Shown one piece after another: positions 59,721 to 64,000 of a stretch of DNA of 64,000 nt (the stretch's first letter is position 1; every line of letters starts with the position of its first letter). The DNA is from Desulfomonilia bacterium (lineage in GTDB: Bacteria; Desulfobacterota; Desulfomonilia; UBA1062). The translations under genes were made by a program, and so were the position numbers. A model generated the notes under the pieces. The model saw nothing but the letters and a program-made list of their open reading frames with translations, made no database searches and was not told the origin of the DNA. The DNA lies in the NCBI GenBank assembly GCA_963664325.2, contig CAXXDQ010000007.1:480001-544000 (forward strand). The letters run 5' to 3'.

Positions 59721-60632
59721 TTGTCAGCAAAGGGAATACAGGAAATAACGGAACAGATGCAGAATATAATCCTGGGACAGGGCGATGTCGTCAGATATAT
59801 TCTTTGCGCCCTCTTTGCCGGGGGCAACGTCCTGCTCGAAGGGGTGCCCGGTGTCGGCAAAACGCTTATAGGACTGGCTCTTTCAAGGCTTCTCGATCTC
59901 AGTTTCAGGCGCATACAGTTCACAAACGACCTTCTGCCTTCAGACATAATGGGCTTTCATGATTTCAGGAAAGGCATCGGAGAACCAGAACTGGTCAAGG
60001 GTCCTGTTTTCGCAAGTATTGTTCTTGTGGATGAAATCAACCGTACTTCCCCCAAAACACAGTCGGCACTGCTTGAGGCAATGGAAGAGAGGCAGGTGAC
60101 AATCGACGGCATATCATATCCGCTGCCTGAACCCTTCATGGTTATAGCCACGCAAAATCCTGTTGAGGTTGCTGGCACGTTTCCTCTCCCTGAAAGCCAG
60201 CTTGACAGGTTCCTTTTAAAAATAAAGGTCGGCTACCCTCCGCTTGAACACGAAAAACAGATACTGCTCAGATCGATAGACCATAAAAAAGCCCTCAATT
60301 TGAAACCTGTTATCAGTACGGACTTGATTTCAGACATGATCATGCAGGCAGCCGGCATAAAGGTACATGACGATGTCCTGGGCTATATTACATCGATCAT
60401 ACGTGCTACACGGGTTCATCCGAAAATAGAACTCGGTGCTTCTCCCAGGGGGGGGCTGGCCCTTAAAAGGGCTTCACAGGCCTTTGCATTCATTTCAGAC
60501 AGGGATTTTGTCACTCCCGCAGACGTCAGAAAGGTAAGTGTCCCTGTCCTTGCCCACAGGGTTCTGACCCGTAGTGCAAGCCCTGAAAATGCAATAGAGG
60601 ATATACTGCATGAGGTGGAAGCGCCTCTATAA
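59721..60632 (+). CDS. MoxR AAA+ ATPase
   Basis: GVPGVGKT, RIQFT.DLLPSD, DEINR, ATQNP, LDRF, SPR; TTG start after GGAGG. Confidence 0.93.
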   Translation: MSAKGIQEITEQMQNIILGQGDVVRYILCALFAGGNVLLEGVPGVGKTLIGLALSRLLDLSFRRIQFTNDLLPSDIMGFHDFRKGIGEPELVKGPVFASIVLVDEINRTSPKTQSALLEAMEERQVTIDGISYPLPEPFMVIATQNPVEVAGTFPLPESQLDRFLLKIKVGYPPLEHEKQILLRSIDHKKALNLKPVISTDLISDMIMQAAGIKVHDDVLGYITSIIRATRVHPKIELGASPRGGLALKRASQAFAFISDRDFVTPADVRKVSVPVLAHRVLTRSASPENAIEDILHEVEAPL

Positions 60633-61533
60633 ATTACTCAGACCGCCCAGGGGGTTCAGGCTTACCAAGGCCGGCAGGGTTTTTTTTGTTTTCATGTTCG
60701 CCATAATAGTCGTGGCAATGATAACCGGAAACAACCTTCTGTTTCTTATCCTCGCTTTCATGCTCGCCTTCATGATCGTCTCGGGTGTCGAATCCGAAAG
60801 GAATCTTCGCCATCTTGAAATTGAACGCGTCATACAGACTGAAATCTTTGCAGGCATACCGGCAAGGATGGGCTACCATATCAAAAACGCCAGAAACGCT
60901 TCTGTCCGGCTGATCATCAGCGAACTCGGGAAAATCAACGTGGAAACCCTGCCGAAAGGTGCAGGAGAAGTCGTCTTTACTGAATACACCTTTTTAAAAA
61001 GGGGAAAAACCGGACTTGGCGAGATCAGGATATTCACTTCTTTCCCCTATGGCCTCTTTGAAAAATCAATAAGGTTTGACGCAAATGAAGACATATTTGT
61101 TTTTCCCAAACCCGTTGCCGTAACAAGAGCCGCGAGCTCAGGACTGGAAGGGATCGGCGAAGGACGTGCGGCAGACAGCATATCCCACACAAGGCCTTAT
61201 GTCCCGGGTGACCCAGGCACCCTGATCATCTGGAAAAAACTGCATCTGGGACTTCTTTCAAGGGTCGTTGAAGGAGGCTCCGGACTTAAGGGTGTTGTAG
61301 TAATATCGCCGGGAGGCAATCTTGAAGAAAAGCTGTCAAAAGCGACCTATCTGATCAGCGAGCTTTTTCTGAAAGGCGTGCAGTTCGGCCTTGCTGCCGG
61401 TTCATACTACAGCGGCCTGGCCGTAAGCAGGACGCACAAGATCGATATCCTGAAAAGGCTGGCCGTGATCGAACGTATAGGAGAACCGCCTGATGAAAGC
61501 CTCTATGGCAATGCAGCGCGCATTTATATCTGA
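60610..61533 (+). CDS. DUF58 domain protein
   Basis: T.NNLL.L TM pair, RG, FPYGLF, RPY.PGD...I.WK; lies between MoxR and the transglutaminase. Confidence 0.85.
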   Translation: MRWKRLYKLLRPPRGFRLTKAGRVFFVFMFAIIVVAMITGNNLLFLILAFMLAFMIVSGVESERNLRHLEIERVIQTEIFAGIPARMGYHIKNARNASVRLIISELGKINVETLPKGAGEVVFTEYTFLKRGKTGLGEIRIFTSFPYGLFEKSIRFDANEDIFVFPKPVAVTRAASSGLEGIGEGRAADSISHTRPYVPGDPGTLIIWKKLHLGLLSRVVEGGSGLKGVVVISPGGNLEEKLSKATYLISELFLKGVQFGLAAGSYYSGLAVSRTHKIDILKRLAVIERIGEPPDESLYGNAARIYI

Positions 61534-63358
61534 CATTCCCCTGCTGACCACAACCGTATCCTTCTGCGGCGCTCTCTCACTGACACTTGCCGGCATGATG
61601 CCGTGGCCCATGCTGGCTGTTGTTGCAGCCATACATGTTGCCGCTTATCTCTGGCTGTTTGAAAGAGAGCTCCTGCCCTCGTATTTTTTCGGGATATTCA
61701 TGGCGGCCGTTTTTCTCGGGGAGTGCATCAGGATATTTTCGACTGGAAGCGAGGGCGTACTGCCTGCATTGCGAGACATGATCCTGATTCTGGCGGTGGG
61801 CAGGCTCATTCTGAAAAAAACCTCAAGGGAAATCTACCAGATACTCGGAATCAGCCTGGCCGAATGCATACTTGCAACGGTGTTTACAATAAGCCCCGTG
61901 TTTCTCATCGGACTGATGATAGATGCATTTCTCATACCTGTTGTCCTTTATCTCCTTGACGGTTATGAATTCGAGAAGAAAGAGCCTTCGTCGGCACCTC
62001 ATTACCGCCACTGGATATTGATTTTTGTCTCCATTATCGCGGTGAGCATTGTCATGTTCTTTCTAATACCGCGGCCTTCTTCGACTATTCTATCAATGAA
62101 CCTCATCAAAAAGCATCAGACAGGCTTTTCAGAAGAGGTCAACCTTTCAAGGGAAGGCGCCCTCGAACAGGACCGGGAAGTCGTCATGCGCCTGGTCTGG
62201 AAAAAAGGCCGTCCCGAAGATAAAATCTATCTCTCTGGTGCCAGACTGGAAATGCTTGATAAGACCGGCTTCAGGAAGGCTCCGGGCCCGGTTGAATACA
62301 TATATTTCAATAAAGGCTATTCGGACAGCCTTACGATTTATCCTACGGGAATTGAGTCGAAAAATGTTTTCTTTACATATTCCCTGGCCTCGGTGTTTCC
62401 GGAAAAAATATACAGGGAAGGGATTAATTTTTACTGGAGCAAGGAAGCGCCTCCCCTTTATGACGTTAATGTAAGCAGGCAAAACGATACTTCCGGAAAA
62501 CAGATTGCGGATGTTCCGGAAAGCCTTGTCAGGGTTGCCGATCTCGGGAAAGGGATTGCAGGAACCGGTCCGGCCGGAAGCAAGGCAAGAAGGATCATGG
62601 AATACCTCGGCTCACACTGTTCATACAGCCTTGAAGGCATGCAGGTGCCCAAGGACAAAACACCGGTAGAAGTCTTTCTGGAAAAAAGGAAGGGCGCCTG
62701 CGAACACTTTGCCAGCGCAATGGCCGTCATGCTCAGGGGAGCAGGCATACCATCAAGGGTAGTTACAGGGTTTCTGGTTACTGAATTCAACACAGCAGGC
62801 AATTATTATATAATCAGGTCAAGCGATGCGCACGCCTGGGTGGAGTACTGGGACAAGGCATGGATAATGGCTGACCCGACACCATCGGGAGGGATCCCGC
62901 CCAAAAAGGTCCAGACCAACTGGCTCGACGCAATGCGCTTCAGATGGATCCGCTGGGTTATAGAATATTCGCTGGATGACCAGATAAACTTTGCAAAATT
63001 CGTCAGGTTCAACGCGCCGAAAATCCCGAAGGCGGCCGCCACTCCGAAATGGCTGTCATTGTTAATCCCGGTACTTGTCCTGATATCTGCCGGACTTTTG
63101 TATGTCAGGCGCAGGAGAATGTCCCTTTATGAAAAAGCGATTTCAGCTCTAACACGAAAAGGGCTTAAACTCGATGAAGGAGCTGTTCATGAAATCCACC
63201 TCGAACAGGTCCGTGAACAGCGGCCCGAACTTTCAGCAGCGTTCGAGTCCTATCAGAATAAATACTTTTCCTGGCGTTTCGGAGACAGAAAGATCGACAT
63301 GAAGAAATTGACGGATGAGTTTATCATCCGCATCTCTGCCTGGAAAAACCAGCCATAA
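61493..63358 (+). CDS. Membrane transglutaminase-like protein (TgpA type)
   Basis: N-terminal TMs, PR..TGFS, GACEHFA, RVVTGF, HAWVE, DPTP. Confidence 0.9.
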   Translation: MKASMAMQRAFISDIPLLTTTVSFCGALSLTLAGMMPWPMLAVVAAIHVAAYLWLFERELLPSYFFGIFMAAVFLGECIRIFSTGSEGVLPALRDMILILAVGRLILKKTSREIYQILGISLAECILATVFTISPVFLIGLMIDAFLIPVVLYLLDGYEFEKKEPSSAPHYRHWILIFVSIIAVSIVMFFLIPRPSSTILSMNLIKKHQTGFSEEVNLSREGALEQDREVVMRLVWKKGRPEDKIYLSGARLEMLDKTGFRKAPGPVEYIYFNKGYSDSLTIYPTGIESKNVFFTYSLASVFPEKIYREGINFYWSKEAPPLYDVNVSRQNDTSGKQIADVPESLVRVADLGKGIAGTGPAGSKARRIMEYLGSHCSYSLEGMQVPKDKTPVEVFLEKRKGACEHFASAMAVMLRGAGIPSRVVTGFLVTEFNTAGNYYIIRSSDAHAWVEYWDKAWIMADPTPSGGIPPKKVQTNWLDAMRFRWIRWVIEYSLDDQINFAKFVRFNAPKIPKAAATPKWLSLLIPVLVLISAGLLYVRRRRMSLYEKAISALTRKGLKLDEGAVHEIHLEQVREQRPELSAAFESYQNKYFSWRFGDRKIDMKKLTDEFIIRISAWKNQP

Positions 63359-63498
63359 GTTTTTCTTCAAAATATCATAGTAAGTTTTCAAGGTTTTGTG
63401 CCTGGGCATTCACTTCCAGATTGGGGATTTCAGCAGATATAACTTTGAAGATGGTAACCAATCGCGAGGCCGCGGTCAACTGTGGCTTCGGCGGCGGA

Positions 63499-63738
63499 TT
63501 ATGCGCTTTTTTTATAATGTGATGCTTAACCGTCTACAACTTCCCTGATCATTTTCTGATAGGAAGTCTTATGAGTCTTTGCCTGCTCTTTGAAAAAGCT
63601 GATGCTGGACTTCTTAAGCGAAATGGTGACCTTCACATTATCTTCTTTCAGCACCAGCTGATCCGGGGGCGGCAGAAAGTCATTAACTACTTTCAGATCG
63701 CCTATGGGTTCATCAGTATACTTTGTTTTGCTTTTCAT
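63499..63738 (-). pseudogene. BrnA/CopG-like antitoxin with premature TAA
   Basis: MKSKTKYTDEP..DFLPPP..KVTISL..FFK..YQKMIR..DG*ASHYKKSA*; TAA at 63526-63528. Confidence 0.7.
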
Positions 63739-63802
63739 ATATTTTCCTCCCTTTTCTCCAGTAGCCTGCGCCATATATGCGAATTACGTTACCGAGGTAG
63801 GA
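63713..63802 (-). pseudogene. C-terminal remnant of a BrnT-like toxin
   Basis: SYLGNVIRIYGAGYWRKGRKIYEKQNKVY*, overlapping the antitoxin start; in-frame TAG at 63803-63805 and no start codon. Confidence 0.7.
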
Positions 63803-64000
63803 CTAGGGATTGCTAATGATAATATGATAACAAGTTTTTAGTCATTTTATCATCAGCGTCCCCCGGTTAGTTTCCTTGCATCCTTCAATGCAGATAGTTT
63901 TATATTCTGATCACCGCTGGTAAATGCTTGGCAATAACGTCGGTCATAAGAAAACCACTGATTAAGATAATGAAGAGAACAGTATTCAAAAGTTGTAATT

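Noticed and set aside
59721-63358. MoxR-DUF58-transglutaminase as a novel system
   Set aside because: A widespread, already described gene triad.
63450-63505. attC site after the antitoxin
   Set aside because: GCATAAT rather than RYYYAAC, and no clean complementary GTTRRRY arm; at best degenerate.
1-64000. CRISPR array, rRNA, tRNA, intact transposase or integrase; the many short overlapping ORFs in the track
   Set aside because: None recognised by eye; the short ORFs lie antisense or out of frame within well-supported genes.

Overview
A 64 kb chromosomal window of an anaerobic Gram-negative bacterium; gene content suggests Desulfobacterota (Syntrophia/Desulfomonilia-like), which is an inference. 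Most of it is ordinary housekeeping and metabolism: Zn ABC transporter with Zur, Liv-type ABC transporter with PaaK, msrAB, acyl-CoA ligases, GH26/GH31, guaA-purF-dapF, IscS, two-component genes, LPS genes, nrdDG with tandem NrdR boxes, queG and MoxR-DUF58-transglutaminase. The most notable region is the first 1.1 kb, the edge of a probable RiPP locus. It holds a PqqD/RRE protein, two tandem Cys/Gly-repeat precursor genes (one intact, one hidden by an in-frame TAA) and a broken, apparently chimeric second PqqD running off the window. Other oddities: a MenA-like prenyltransferase coupled to a radical SAM/SPASM enzyme, a MsrAB lipoprotein signal cut off by a TAA, a PaaK with a degenerate P-loop, a frameshifted livF, several domain fusions, a candidate structured RNA at about 28.9-29.1 kb, dispersed heptamer repeats, and a decayed BrnT/BrnA-like toxin-antitoxin pair at the right end. 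All family calls come from motif recognition by eye; no searches were run.
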